From contig NC_068981.1 of the NCBI RefSeq assembly GCF_001194135.2, forward strand, positions 81,699,396-81,763,395: 64,000 nt of DNA. Reading direction: 5' to 3'. Within the stretch, counting starts at the first letter, position 1, and each line of letters begins with the position of its first letter. The notes under the pieces are model-generated. The model was not told the DNA's origin. It did not search any database and worked only from the letters and a program-made list of their open reading frames with translations. This stretch comes from Octopus bimaculoides (lineage: Eukaryota). Shown one piece after another: positions 48,943-63,062 of this stretch. Position numbers and translations under genes: made by a program.

Positions 48943-49959
48943 CTGAAAAGCCAAAAATATAAATGGATAAAACAAAAGAAAGATAAAATAAAATAAAAAG
49001 TAGTAATACCTTGTGGTTGGGATAGTTAGTTGTTGTCTAGCCCCAAGTTAGTCCTCTTCAAGCAGATCTATTGCTGAGAGTATTCCAGCTGTGATGATTC
49101 TATCCTTATTTCAGATATTTTATAATCTCTAGAACTAACTATTACCCAGTGTGTCTGTTTTTTTTTTTTAATAAGAGTAAAATATGATTTAGAGATTTGA
49201 TTGTTACACATATCAAGCAACAGTACAGAGATTCCTTTGTTAGTTGCAAATATTTAGTGAATATTCAAAGAGTTACATTTTCTTTGGATGCCTCCTGTCT
49301 ACACATAGTGTCATACAAAATATATATCATTTTGTCAGAAAACAGGCATGTGCTCACCAAGTCAGTAATGATGACGTTTTGCAGTAGCAATAAGTGATTG
49401 AATTAATATGACATAGGAATACTAAATGAAGGTTTTAATAGTGCATACACTATCATTATCACTCTTACTGAACAAGTCCAAGACATAATTCTCAATGCTC
49501 GTCCCCTTCCAATAACTAATCAAGTTGATACAAGGTAGCAAGAACGGATATACATTACCATGGGAAACTGAAAATACTGTTGTTAATATGTGAGTAGATG
49601 TGCAAAGCAGTGAAAGCAAGAATACAAACTTTAGTTCAAGTATGTTTGAGAGATTAGGTGCTAACCCTCTCCCACCCCCTTTTCTTCTTCCTGTTGTCTT
49701 TTTAAGAGCAGAAATTTCTAGGAGTGGATTCCCAGTCCCCTTGCTCCTGCAGGGAATAAGGCAACTGCATTCTACTACTCCCACTCCCAGCTACAGGGGA
49801 GTTTGCTTGTTAATCCATAGCTGGGACCCTTACAGGTGCTACCACTCCAGGCTAGAGTAGACCCAGAGGTCGTTCCACACTCCTCAAACACTGAAACCAG
49901 GGCTCCAGGGTCCCACTACCGGATGTAGTTTAGAGACATACCCAGGAGAGATGGAATGG

Positions 49960-50560
49960 CCGGTAGGATGAATGTGAACATAAATGGTGAGATGTTAGAG
50001 GAGGTGAGTGTTTTTAAGTATCTGGGATCACATGTGACAGTAGATGGGGGGTGGGGTGGCTGAGGAAGTGGGATATAGAGCGAGGAAGGGAAGCTGTTGA
50101 AAGGTATGCTAAGAGATAAAAGGTTGAGTATGAAAGTGAAAAGAGGTGTATATGAGGGAATGATTGTGCTGACAATGTTATATGGTGCAGAAACATGGGG
50201 TTTGAGAGAGGTGGAAAGGAGGCGATTTAAAAGTGTTTGAGATGAGATGTTTAAGGGCTATGGTTGGTGTGACATGGATGGACAGGATGCAGAATGAGGA
50301 GGTATGAAGGCAAACAGGAATGAGAGAAAATCTAACCAGAATGGATAGACGAATGTTGAGGTGGTTTGGCCACATGGAGAGGATGGATAAGGAGTGGATA
50401 GTAAGGAGGGTAATGAAGGCTGAAGTGGTAGGCAGCAGAATCAGAGGCAGACCTCGGTTTGTGTGGATGGATGAAGTGAGGAAAGCTTTGGTAATTAGAA
50501 GTGTTGGAGTGAGAGAGGCAAGAGAGTTTATGAATGATAGGAAAGCTTGGAGTGTTTGTG
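49960..50560 (+). mobile_element. RTE-clade LINE 3' fragment
   Basis: EVSVFKYLGS, MLYGAETW, EMRCLRAM.GVT, LRWFGHMERM...RGRPR. Confidence 0.8.
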
Positions 50561-51092
50561 GACGGATGAATGAATTAATATTGCTCAAAGGAATACGGAA
50601 TCAGCATGATGTGGCAGGAGTAGACCAGCATATGCTGTCGGGCCCCACTGCTGATATTGGGGATTGCATTCTATGCCTTGACCCGAGCATAGGATGGGGG
50701 TCACCTCTTGAGTTGGGAAATGAATAGATACCCAATCCTAAAAAAAAAAAAAGGGGAATAAGCCTGGGTATATATAAAATAAAAAGTATTTAAACACCAG
50801 AGTCAGCTAAGAGTGCCCTCTATTGGATTGATGGATGCATTTCAAACTTGTCAGTTCTTTTAAGGAACTGATACCAATAGAGGCAACTCTGGAGATGATG
50901 ATGATGAAACAAAACTTCCTTTATAATAAATCAGTGAATATTATTTACTGATTGAAAAGGTGTTGAGGTGGCAGAGTCATTAGCGTACCAGACAAAATGC
51001 TGAGGGGCATTTCATTCATTTTTGGATTCTCAGTTCAAATTCTACCAAAGTCGACTCTGCCTTTCATCATTTCAGGGTCAATGAAATAAGTA

Positions 51093-51581
51093 CAGATCAT
51101 CGTTGACTTACGACCTATCTGACTTACGACCTATCTGACTTACGACCTATCTGACTTACGACCTATCTGACTTACGACCTATCTGACTTACGACCAATTG
51201 ACTTTACGATGATTGGTGCATCAGCTCCTGGTAGGAATAATAAATAGTCCAGTTGAAATCTAACGAGTTTAATTTCTTTGAAATTAACCCATCTACGGGC
51301 GATGTCAGCTAACAAACGCTTCTTCTAGGTTTCATTATTGATTGCCACTGTGGTTATCCCAAATGTTGGATGAATATCCTGTCACAGAGACACCGAGGCA
51401 ACCTCGTTTTTGTTTATAAGATTGCTTGAGGCTCTGAATTTTTTGACTAACGCAAGTATAATAGTATAATACAGAATGCTGTGTGTGACTTTTACCTGAG
51501 AATGTACCTTAAGAACATAAAAATTTAAAACAAAGTTATGTAGACATATAGGCTGACTTACGACAAGTCGACGACAACCTG
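51093..51581. mobile_element. pogo/Tigger-like MITE containing a 16-bp tandem array
   Basis: TA|CAGATCATCGTTGACTT versus reverse complement TA|CAGGTTGTCGTCGACTT. (GACTTACGACCTATCT) x5.7 at 51105-51195. Confidence 0.65.
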
Positions 51582-52599
51582 TACCCGTCAAGTGTTGGGC
51601 TCCATATAATCAACTACCCAATCCAACAAAATTTCAGGTTGTGCACTTAGAGCAGAAAAGGTTATTTACTGGTTATGTGTACTGGCTGCAAAGCTGGAAC
51701 AAATACTCAAGTAGATGCATGAAACAGCGAAGGAAATTATATAAACTTAGCATCAGTTCAAATATGTCAGAGATATTTGAACCAGTTAAAGCACTGTGGT
51801 ATTTTAATGTCTTTTTGTCTTAAGCAAGAACGTCTCTTCTCTGACAAATTGCAGAGAAAAACTTTTACATGTTGAGATATCTCACATATTTGAACTAGTC
51901 TTCAATTCATTAACTGTTGTTAAGGTTTAGGTCAATTCTAATAGAGTACTTGTATGATCAAAGGCCGTTTTTGCTATGATTAACCTATTTTCTTAGGGAT
52001 AGATCTACGACAACACAATTGAACATGGTTGTTTTTTATTTTTCTTCATTTTTTTTTTTGACTGAAAATGGTAATGCATGATGTGAGTGGTAATTGGCTG
52101 CTTTTTCTAATAGGTTGAGTGACTATGTAAAGGCTACCTCATTTGGTTACTGTGCTGAATTTGGACCTTACTTTTGAACTGAACTGACCTACGTACTAGA
52201 GGAGGATGTAGTCTTTAGTAGTATTTGTAATAATTTCTAATATTTTAGATATTTGGGTGTGGGAATTAGTCAAACTGACCTTTATATTTGACTGGTACTT
52301 TTGACCAGACAAATACCGAGATCAGAGGGATAAAAGGTAAAGTTAACACCAGTGGGTTTTGAACTTAGATCGTGAACAGTCAGAATAAAATACTGCAAAT
52401 CATTCCACCAGATGCTCTAAAGATTTAACCATTCTATTACCCTCAATGGCACCTTTAATAAGTAATAGGTTATGGGACTACCAACAAACATTTACTGGAA
52501 AGCTTACTTAATACGCAATTGTTGATTTCACTTATTCTGACTCATGTGACACTGGCTGATATATTGATCTGAAGCAAAGGAGTTAACAGTAAATTTCTG

Positions 52600-52822
52600 T
52601 GTGTTATCTATTTATCATATACTTGTTTCGGACATTGCTCAGTGGCAATGCTGGGGCAACACCTTGAAAGGTTTAGTCAAACGAATTGAACCAGTATTTA
52701 GTTTTTAAATCTGGTACTCATTCTACTGGTCTCTTACCCAATCACTAAGTTACGGGGATGTAAACAAACCAATACAAGTAGTCAGGAGGGGAAGGGGGAA
52801 CAAACATATATACATACATACA

Positions 52823-52869
<47 letters not shown>

Positions 52870-53031
52870 CAGGCTTCCATACAGTTTACATCAATTAAAT
52901 TCACATACACAACGTTGGTAGGCCTGGGACTATACTAGGAGACACTTGCTCAAGGTGCTGCAAAGTGGAACTGAACCCAATACCATGTGGTTGCAAGGTG
53001 AGCTTCTTAACCACACAATCATGCCTGCACC
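52600..53031 (-). mobile_element. tRNA-derived SINE with internal (CA)n, same family as 1988-2392
   Basis: Minus-strand head GGTGCAGGCATGATTGTGTGGTTAAGAAGC...GGGTTCAGTTCC; shared core GGTTTGTTTACATCCCCGTAACTTAG. Confidence 0.7.
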
Positions 53032-53636
53032 AAGATGAAAAAAAATATTGCCACTATCACTACCATTCAAATCACAAAATTACTGACCTTTATTTTGGCT
53101 ACATCAGTTATTTGGCACCAAATAAAATGAACACATAGACAAAAGGCAGTTTAACTTCATATATAAACTGTTGAAAGCTCAATAGCTCAATAGCTTGAAA
53201 ACTGTTACTAGCATTGCATCGTGTCCTTGCTCATATTGAATCAATCCAAATAGCTGTAATAATTATAAAGAAGTTAGAACAACTGCTTGCTATGATATAA
53301 CTGAAAAGTTTTTGTTCAGCTTAACAGTTTGAAAGTTTTAGCTTTCAGTGCCCATTTCAAGGCCCATGGACCTGAAAAAGTTAACTTTATTGTATTGTTT
53401 CATGATAATTTTATAGATGCTTCATATATGCATTATACCATATGAGATGCTCATGACTAAATGATACTGATGTAAAAAGTTGTGCATCAAAAGAAATGCA
53501 TATGTGAAGCTGGTCAAGTTGGTATAGACAGTACAGCATCAGGTTAGATGCTTTCATTATGACAAAGGTAGAGATGATGACAAAAGTTGAAATTTAGAAA
53601 AATAAGGAAAGAAAAACATATTGTGATGTAACTTAC

Positions 53637-53740
53637 ACAAAGTCCATATCCAAGTTTTCTTTACTGGAATACATTGTCTTAGACCGTTGTTTCTTCTTGC
53701 GAACAGGTGCTACCGGAGGTGGCATCAGACTGGATGCTCC
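53637..53740 (-). CDS. Penultimate coding exon of the unidentified gene (GASSLMPPPVAPVRKKKQRSKTMYSSKENLDMDF)
   Basis: Acceptor (T)nGTTTTGAAG|GGA and donor GT|GTAAGT; phase 0 in, phase 2 out; open frame. Confidence 0.75.
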
Positions 53741-55574
53741 CTTCAAAACAAAAAAAAAAAAGTAAAACAAATTAGAACTACAAAATGAAGCAGCATCTGA
53801 TTTAACCAGCTTCCTCAATACCATGAGAGTTAATTTCTAGTACAGCTAGTAATTTGTTTTCCTTTATAAGAAAAAATTTCTACATAACACATAAATATCA
53901 TAAGCTCTTCCATGAAAACAATGTTAAGACGAAAATATTTTTTGTGTGCAAGCATTTTACAAAATTATACAGACAAGATTACATCTGAGATATCACAGAT
54001 CAAATATCCATCCAGTCACAGAAATAGAAGCACTTCACCCTAAATGACAATGTAATTTTAGCTTAATGGCAAATACACAAAACCACTTGTTCATAGAGTA
54101 AAGATTACATTAACACTTGACAGTGAAGAGAAGTGCAGTGCAGAGAATTCAAAGAAAATACATTTAAAAGAACCTCCCCACCCACAAAAATGAATAACTT
54201 CCACAAACTCCTAATGTAAACTTATATGGAAATTGAAGGATAATGAAATTAACAATGAGCTGGGGCATTGTTGGAACTGTTAGAAATATATTCCAATGAG
54301 AAGTGCATTTTAAATTTGGCAAAGAAGCAAAACCTTTTTGATCAAATGTGTCAATACATTAAAAAAGACCAAAACATACATTTTCATGTGTGTGCAGGCA
54401 TTTTACAAAATTTCATCAGCATAAAGTTAACTATTGCCACAATAATAGGTACAGATCATAGGCAACTGGCAGCACAAGTAAATACCTTACAATATAGTAC
54501 TACATTAAATATTTTACAATCAAAAACTCCTGCAATCATCTTGTATGAGCGACAAGTTGGATGGTTCAAAAGTTCAGAGGAGTAAAATAGTAGCAAGTTT
54601 ATACAACTTGACATATTGAATTATTATTCTACTATTAATCCAGTACTAGTTAATAAGGCTCTCATTTTTGCTATGCACAATTCGGATTCATCTAGGTTGG
54701 ATATAGATTAAATGCTAGCTGCATATAGCACTCAAATAGATTTCAATAACAAATTGAAGTTGAGGTCTGATAGGGCTGGCTGTTTCAACACAGCAATGGG
54801 ATCAAGTGACTTAGCACAAATCACTGATCTTGTCAGAATATTTTTCCTATTCCAGATGGAGTCCTAGTTTCTTAGGTTGGGAAGTAGATGGTCTACATAG
54901 GGATGACACTCTTCATATTAGATAGTTGTAGTAAATTAGAAATAGAGAGATGTAAGAAACAACCATTTAAACTCTTCAAAATTTTCAGACTATAGAAAAT
55001 AATTACTGTAAGGTAAATTTTGTTGACGTAACATTTAGTCTGGATACCAAATTAATTGAACCATACTATAAATCCTGATGTGAGTTGTCTCACTTGCCTA
55101 TGATTAACTTTCAGGTGCTTTTAACACCAGACACATTGAGAATATATTCATTTATACCGAAAATGCAGCTGATCCATGAACTAACAATACACACACCTTA
55201 TGTAGGTGTGTTTGATTTTGTTTATATACCTCAAGCTGCTTCTAATTCATATTTGAATTATTTTCTATGACATGAAATGTTGGGACATGCCAGCAGATGG
55301 TTTTCAAACTATTTAGCATATAGTCATAGTTGGCAATATGGCTTGCAGCAGGCCTTGTTCAGCACATGACATTGAAAAGTCACAACAATGACAAAACATT
55401 GATGCTTGTTGTTCCAGGAAGGGACCTGATGTGAGTTGTCTCACTTGCCTATGATTTACTTCCAGATGTTTTTAACATCAGGCACATTGAGAATATATTC
55501 TCATATGCCTAAAATGCAGTTGACTCATGAACTAACAACACACACACCTTGCGTATGTGTGTTCAATTTTGTTT

Positions 55575-55664
<90 letters not shown>

Positions 55665-56684
55665 GTGTGTGGCCAAGTGCTTGGGGTATTGCACTCAGGA
55701 TTCCAAGTTTGTGGTTTCAATTCCCAGACAGGTGGTGCAGTGTGCTCTTGAGCAAAACACTACATTTCACATTGCTCTAGGACACTCAACAGTACATAGG
55801 TAATCCTGCAATGCAGGTTTATGCTAGTACTTTCAGCATCATTTGAAAGTGAAATCAATGAAAGAAAATGCATTGTGACTAGCAGTACATAAAAACATTC
55901 AATAGTCTGGTTCATACAGGGAGAATGTTATATATGATGCAATCATGGCTGTGTGGTGAAGATTTACACATCACAACCACGTGGTTAAATTAATTTAACT
56001 ATTTAGTCTTGCTGACAGCACCTGAAAGCAAGTGTTTTTTACTTCAGTCTAGGGTCACCTAAAGTCTTGTGAAAGAGTTAATTAGACAGAAACTGAAAAG
56101 CCCATTGTGTGTGTGTGTTTCATCATCTTGACATCATACACTAATTGTAAACAAACTTCACAGATGTACATGCGGTAATAGTTGTTTGCAATCATGTGTG
56201 AAAACATGTCTCACCCTTCATAACAGTCACAGTACATACAAAATGTGTATTGTAAAGAAAACAAAAGACACTGAAAGCATTCACAGGTGCTGGGTATTGT
56301 TATCACAAAGAAGGAACACAAAAAGTGCATGAAAAATACATTGGCTTCATTGTAGATAATGTCAGGAATTCCTGTACTTACAGTTCCTTCATAACAAACT
56401 ACAATAAAATAGAAAACACAAATACACACACAAATGTACTACTTATCATCACACATTGCATACAAACACATCATCGACTCTCTATGCAATAAAACAAAAA
56501 CACTAAAAATAAAGGATCACTTGGACATGCAAAGGACACAACTTTTTGCCATTGCAAACTCAAACACTCAGAAAGCCTGCTATGAAACAGAAAAATCACC
56601 TCCAAACATCTACAACACTACTCTCTCTCCCATATACATAAAATAGTAGTAAACTGAAACTCATGATAAACTGTAGACCATTTT

Positions 56685-56728
<44 letters not shown>

Positions 56729-59700
56729 TAGGGTTAAAAAATAAATAAAGTTGGAGAATGCACAAAAGTATATTTTAAAGAATGTTTAATATTTTTGTTA
56801 CAGTAAGTGATTTAAAATATAACTGGTTCTGATGTATCCATCTTATCAAATATTAAAAAGAACTTTTTAGGAAGCCAAACAGAAATTTTATTTTTGGGAG
56901 GCGGGGTGTTAACAGTTTGTATCCAGGTTTTTATATACATACATGCATACATACATACAGTATCAAGGATTCGAGAGAGAATCAGGTACTTATATATATG
57001 TACATACATTTGTGAATACATATTGGTGTACATTCTTTTATTCTTTTATGTATTTCATCCTAAAGGCTGAAGCCATGCTGGGGCACCATGTATCTATCAT
57101 ACACACACACACACAATATAGCAATATGTGGTTCTTGAGACAAGGGGTAAGAACAAGATATACTCAGTGTAGAAAACAAGTAGTAGTGTTCAAATGAATT
57201 TGAACTTAACTCTATGCTATAATGTATATAAATGCCAGCATGTTCCCACCAGTCTAGGGTGTACACTGGCAACACTTGATTTCAAGCACCCCTATGGGCT
57301 CACCTGAATTCATTCTCATGTGGAGACTATAAACTCTCTAACTCCTTAGCTACATATTCCATCTCAAGTCCCAGAATATTCCCTATACCTTATCCTGGTC
57401 CACAGTTTGTGGGGGTCTCCCATATAACACTAACCATCATGTTTGTAAGTTGCATTGCAGAGAATCGTTTGCTGCATCAAAATTTTTTTATTGTGCAATA
57501 GGTTCTCGAACAATCCTCTCGTGTATGCACAAATTTTATTCCACATTTGCCCATTATGTAAAGTTTTTAAGATTTTTTTTTCTAATTGTGGTCAAGCTTA
57601 CTTACCACTTAGCTATGCTAGCAGCATTTTCTTTCTCTACTCTTTCTATCTCAGCATATCTTCCTCTCCCACAACCCAACCCATATTTCTTTTGTTCATT
57701 GCTTATCTCTTCTTGTCTTGCTGTATAGTATGCTACCATCCCTAAACAGATTTGTCTGCTTAGTGAGATTTCCTTGACCACCAGAGGCATTCCTTTTCAC
57801 CACACTGACCTTAACTTTATCCTCTCTCTGTTTCATCTAGTCTGCCTCTGTTCATTCCCCCAACATCATGGAAATCCTCCACCCTCTCCTTGTCTTTCAT
57901 TTCTTCTTCTCTACCTCTGTTACTCTTTCCAACATCATATATATTCTCCTACCTCACCCTGCCTTTTGGTTTTACTTTTCTCCTCCACTTCCTTCAACCT
58001 TTAAATCTCTGGCACAATTATATGAACTGCTTTTTCCAACTTTTCTCTTGACAAGGGGTGCCAGACTTAATTTGTATTACCTCCATGTGACTGCTGCATA
58101 TCCAAGTCTTGTTGCATATTCCATCTGCAAATTATGGATAAGCTTCCTGAAACAGCTATTGAGTTAAAAAATTATCTATTCTCTTTTTAGTATTTTGTAT
58201 TAATTATGCTCTATGTAAATATATTTGTGTATGTGTGTGTATCATCATCATCATTTAATGTCTGTTTTCCATGCTGGTATGGGTTGGATGGCTTGATTGG
58301 AGATGGTAAGGCCAGGGACTACACCAGGCTCCGTTGTCTGTTCTGGCATGATTTCCACAGCTGGATGCCCTTCCTAACACCAACTGCTCTATAGAGTGTA
58401 CCGTGTGCTTTTACAATGGAAAGTGTAGTACATAGTAATTATAACCATTAATAATACTTAAAAAAAAACAATATAATAGTAAATTTCAGAAAGTATACTA
58501 GATAAGACTATTTTGTCTAATGAAAGATTTGTGAAACAAATATAATATTAGAATGGAAAAATAAGTGAATAAATATACATTAAACCAACAGAAAACCAAC
58601 AAAATTTGAGTATAAATTCATCAAGCATTCTTAAAGTGTCAACTGACAGCTATGATATGAAATAAGTAAAAAAAAAAATCCAAAACATTACATGCCGAAT
58701 AAGAATAATTCCAGATTATATATATATAAAAAAAAAAATGCTAAGATGAACATTGAAGCAAATCAAACATTTTATAGTTAAAAGAACAGATAGAGAAAGT
58801 AAATTAAGATGTTTGTTTTTCATGGGACAGATTAAAAGTAATGGAAAGACTTGAGTCATTATTCTTAAATACCAACCATCAGATGTTATTAAAAGTTGAT
58901 ATTGAAGGAGGGATTGTTTTACTTTGCTTTTATGGTTAAGATACCATGAGGTTTGTATTTAGCTCTCTATCTGTTTGATATAATAAACCAAAATGTTGAG
59001 AATTTCTCAGGTGTTTGTTAAAAATTTCCCTCTGTGCAAATAAGAAATGAATAACAGAAATGCTTAAAAGAACTATATATGTGTGTGAAGAAACTTTGTG
59101 CAAAAAAGGAAAAGTGAAATAAATAAACAATGGGAGTGTATCAAAAGTTAAAATAATATAATGATAGAGACAAAAAAAAAAAGGGATTTGGCAAAATGAA
59201 ACCAAAATACAAAGCACAGAATTTTTATTATGTTCAGTAAAACATAAACAGACTAATTCTCTATGAAACAGAGAGAAGAAATGTTTTCACATATATTAAA
59301 CAACCACAGAGCATGCATATACTTTACCATTGTGGTGGCATTAGAGTTGAATAGAAATTTATACATACACTACAAAAGAAAAGAGGGTCGAAACATTTTA
59401 ACAAGAAAATGTATGACACTGAAATGATATGGGAATTGATGATGATGATGATGATAACATTGCCAATAAGTATAGTCTTTGCAAATTAGGAATTTTCTTT
59501 GTTTTCTTTTAATTTCTCTACTATCCAGTGAAGATTCTATGGTCATTTTACAATCTAGCAGAAGACAATCTTTGCTAACTTAACTGACAAAAAAATTCAG
59601 AGAGCATAGTCAGATATTTATCCCAAAATATGGCAAATCAGCTTCCAATTAATTCAATGTGTGCTGATGACTTGACCTTCTAACATTACCAAATCTGCTG

Positions 59701-61070
59701 CAAGTCTTTTGAAGAAGAAATAGTTAAATATCTTGCTAAACAGATTGAAACTCAAGATGCATTAGCTGGGGAAGGGTTACTGACATATGAATTTTAACAG
59801 TCAATTCATAATTTGATTCATGTTTCTTTATTTGTTCATTTATTTACTGGATTGATCTGGAAGAATGGATTGTAGCCATGATATTTACATGTTCTTTAAT
59901 AGAGGGAATTCCAGAAAAAAATTAGGGAAAATTGTAGTTAATGTAGGGACTGAGTGAAGTAACAATATGGATCATGAGAGGAGGAAAAAAAAAATTGGGA
60001 ATGCTTAAATGGAGGTGGCATGAGACTAGCCAGCTCTGAAATGCAGAGGTCGATAGAGCAGCAACATAATAAACACAGAAAAGACACAGCATGGCAGCAG
60101 GACAGAAGTTGGAGTGTGTCTGAGAGTGACTTAAAGCCAACCAGTTGAGTAACCTTTCTTTAGAGATAATTTAAGAAGTCTGCATCAGAAGCAGTACTAC
60201 TGCCAAAGATGTTGGAACAGGACTCCATTGTGAGTTTCCTTTGAGTTTTATAGATGATCAGTTGTTGATTGAGATTGAAATATTTTCTGGTTCTGAAGAA
60301 GGCTGGTCTTTGTGACAGTTTTTGCAATATTATGTATGTGCACTAACTAACAGAGATCAGCATGGATAGATAGTGTCCTAGCATTTGAAGGTTCCGCGAT
60401 GGTCTTAAGTGCATGCTGTTTAAGAGGACAAGTGTTTCCTTAATATAAGTAGTGATAGTGTTCTTGTGCTCTTTAATGGAGTGAAAATTGGCATGAATCT
60501 AGAGGAGAATGTTTTTAATGTTTTCATGGATTCAATGTTGGCATAAGATGTCTAGGTTCTATGGGGGTGACACCTGAGTGCAGAAGATAAAGAAGGAATG
60601 AAGGGTTATATCATCTGCTAAGTGTCTCTAGTAGTTAACATTAAGTAGGTTGTTGATGTAAAGGATAACTGGTATCATGCTTTGGCCATGAACAACTCAA
60701 TTTGTGCTGGCTAAGTTCACTTGACAAATAACAGAGGTACATTTCATGACTATAAGCATCAAGAGCACTATAAGATTAACAAGAGTTTTATAATCATTCA
60801 ATGCCTAACTGAAATCCTCTTATGTATTTTGTTAAAATATAAAAAAAAATCTGGCAGTGTTTCAATCAATTGTATCACTACTATGCTAGTGGACATAATG
60901 CAATGATGTCATAAGTAAATGATAAAGTCATAGGTAGGTGGTATGGACATGCTTATGGTGAAAAATGTGTCATGTAATGTAGTTATAACTGAGATAATGC
61001 TGTGATGACAAGGGAATATAATCATTGCTATAACAACAAAAGTGAGAAATACAATATCTTGAAAGCATAC

Positions 61071-61294
61071 CAGATTTTTTCTGCCTGAGGTTGGAGAACC
61101 TTCTTGGCTGCTGCTTGGACTTGCGGAATGAGACGATAGGTTGCCACTAAGAAGGTAAAGATCCTCACAAGAACCTCCCCAACTTGATCTCATAATTGGT
61201 TGAGCTTTCATACTGTTTGAAGAGTTGATCAAGCTGCCTACAACAGCAACTCGTTTACTTTTGCGTATGGCTTCAGATCGTTCAAAGTTTTCAT
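61071..61294 (-). CDS. Internal coding exon of the unidentified gene (ENFERSEAIRKSKRVAVVGSLINSS...SPTSGRKNL)
   Basis: Acceptor CTTTTCTCCATTCCAG|AT and donor CTG|GTATGC; 224 nt, phase 1 in, phase 0 out; Ser-rich open frame. Confidence 0.75.
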
Positions 61295-63029
61295 CTGGAA
61301 TGGAGAAAAGAGAAAGATAAAGGGAAATGAGAAAGCAAAAGTTACCAAAAATATATAGAATGAATGACTATTGAGAATGTAGCTGATTAGCAAAAGTCTA
61401 TTTATAATGAAGATGTGAAATAGTCAAGTCTATAGAATATCAGGCAAGCAACTTTTGGCTCACAGAGCCATATGGAGCTTGCCTGATATTTTAGAAGTTG
61501 TTCAGATGTTTTGTTTATCCTGTTTGAGTTAGTTCAAGTAGCTATGGAGAATATTTACCAGATCTTCCAGGAAATGCTATCCATGATAAGAACATAGCTA
61601 GTAATATTGATAACACCACCCAAAACTTCATATCAGGTCACTATGTCTTTGTTGAAGACAACTTTTACAAATCAGGTTCATATAACTCTTAAATAAGCAC
61701 CAGGTTTTGATGTATCTCAGCATTGTCAACACTAAATAGCACTCTGCAATCAATGGAAGCTGTTTCGTACTCTGACTGGGTATATTTTCTTACACAACAA
61801 CTTAGAGTAACCCAATCTATTTTCAGAATTCTAAAATGGAATTGATATTAATGGCCATGTAGTAGATGGAAATTCTATTAACGATGAGTTAGCTCTTATT
61901 TAATAATTTCAACTGAATATAATGACAAGTAGGTTTATAGGCTACAGTATAGAGGCTTAGAAGTACAGATACCATTTATTCTCATTTTAAGTCATATTGG
62001 CAAATTTTGAAATGATGTTAATGAAACCTTAAATTTGTATAATAATAATTATGAATACTAACAGACATTAAAACATAAAAATATGAGTGGTGGGAGTTGC
62101 TGTAGTTAATTAAACTTACACCATTGTTTTATATTTTTATTTGTTTCAGTCATTTGACTGTGGCCATGCTAGAGCACCACCTATTTTACTGCTTATTTTA
62201 CTGATCTAAGTAGGAAGACATTCAAAGGTGAGAGTAAAGTGATGTCAGCAATGCCACTCTATAGATCTGGCCATCCTTCTGTAATAAGGATGAGGAAGAT
62301 AATGATTCCCAAAATTGTTAAGGAAGGATGGATGGACACAGACATAGCTGAATGTTTAAGTTTGCTTTACAATCAGGAGATCATAGGTTTGACCTGACTA
62401 CCACAGAATCTTGAGTTAGTGTTTTCTACTGCATTCTTGGATTGATCTAAACCTTGTGGATGAAACTGAGTAGACAGAAACTGTGTGGAAGCCTGTTGGA
62501 TTGTATTGGTAATTCAAGAGCCCAACCTAATCATACAGAGACAATGCTGATTTGACCTGAAAATTACATTACGGATACATATGGCTGTGGAATACTCAGT
62601 CACACTAATTCACTGAGAAAATCATTCAGTTGGTTGAACAACTGAATGTTCATTTGTCAAAATTGATAGAAACTCCATTCTATTTAGAGGATGGAGTTAG
62701 TTTGTACATATTTTATTAATCCTGGATTAAAGATGAAAGACAAGATCAACCATGGTGGGGTTGAACGTCAAAGTACCAAAGGATTGAAGTAAAAAGTAAA
62801 GCATTTAGTCGAAAAATTGACACACACTGTAGAGAGGAGTCCATAGCATCTGATTGCTAGTTTACATTAGTAACACTACAGTGATGATAGGTAAAGCCTG
62901 CTTTTAAACATTAGCACAATTCTTGACTGCTACTTATAACAGTATTAGGAGATGCCATCCTTTCCATCAACATCATCATTACCATTCTTTTTACATCCAA
63001 AATATTGTGATAGTTGGAATTTTACTCAC

Positions 63030-63062
63030 CAAATGACTTCACCGATCGAGTTTGTAAAAGTT
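63030..63062 (-). CDS. 33-nt symmetric (phase 1-1) exon of the unidentified gene (LLQTRSVKSF)
   Basis: Long pyrimidine tract TTCCTTTCTGTTCTTTTTCTCTTTGTAG and donor G|GTGAGT; joins in frame to exon 61294. Confidence 0.65.
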
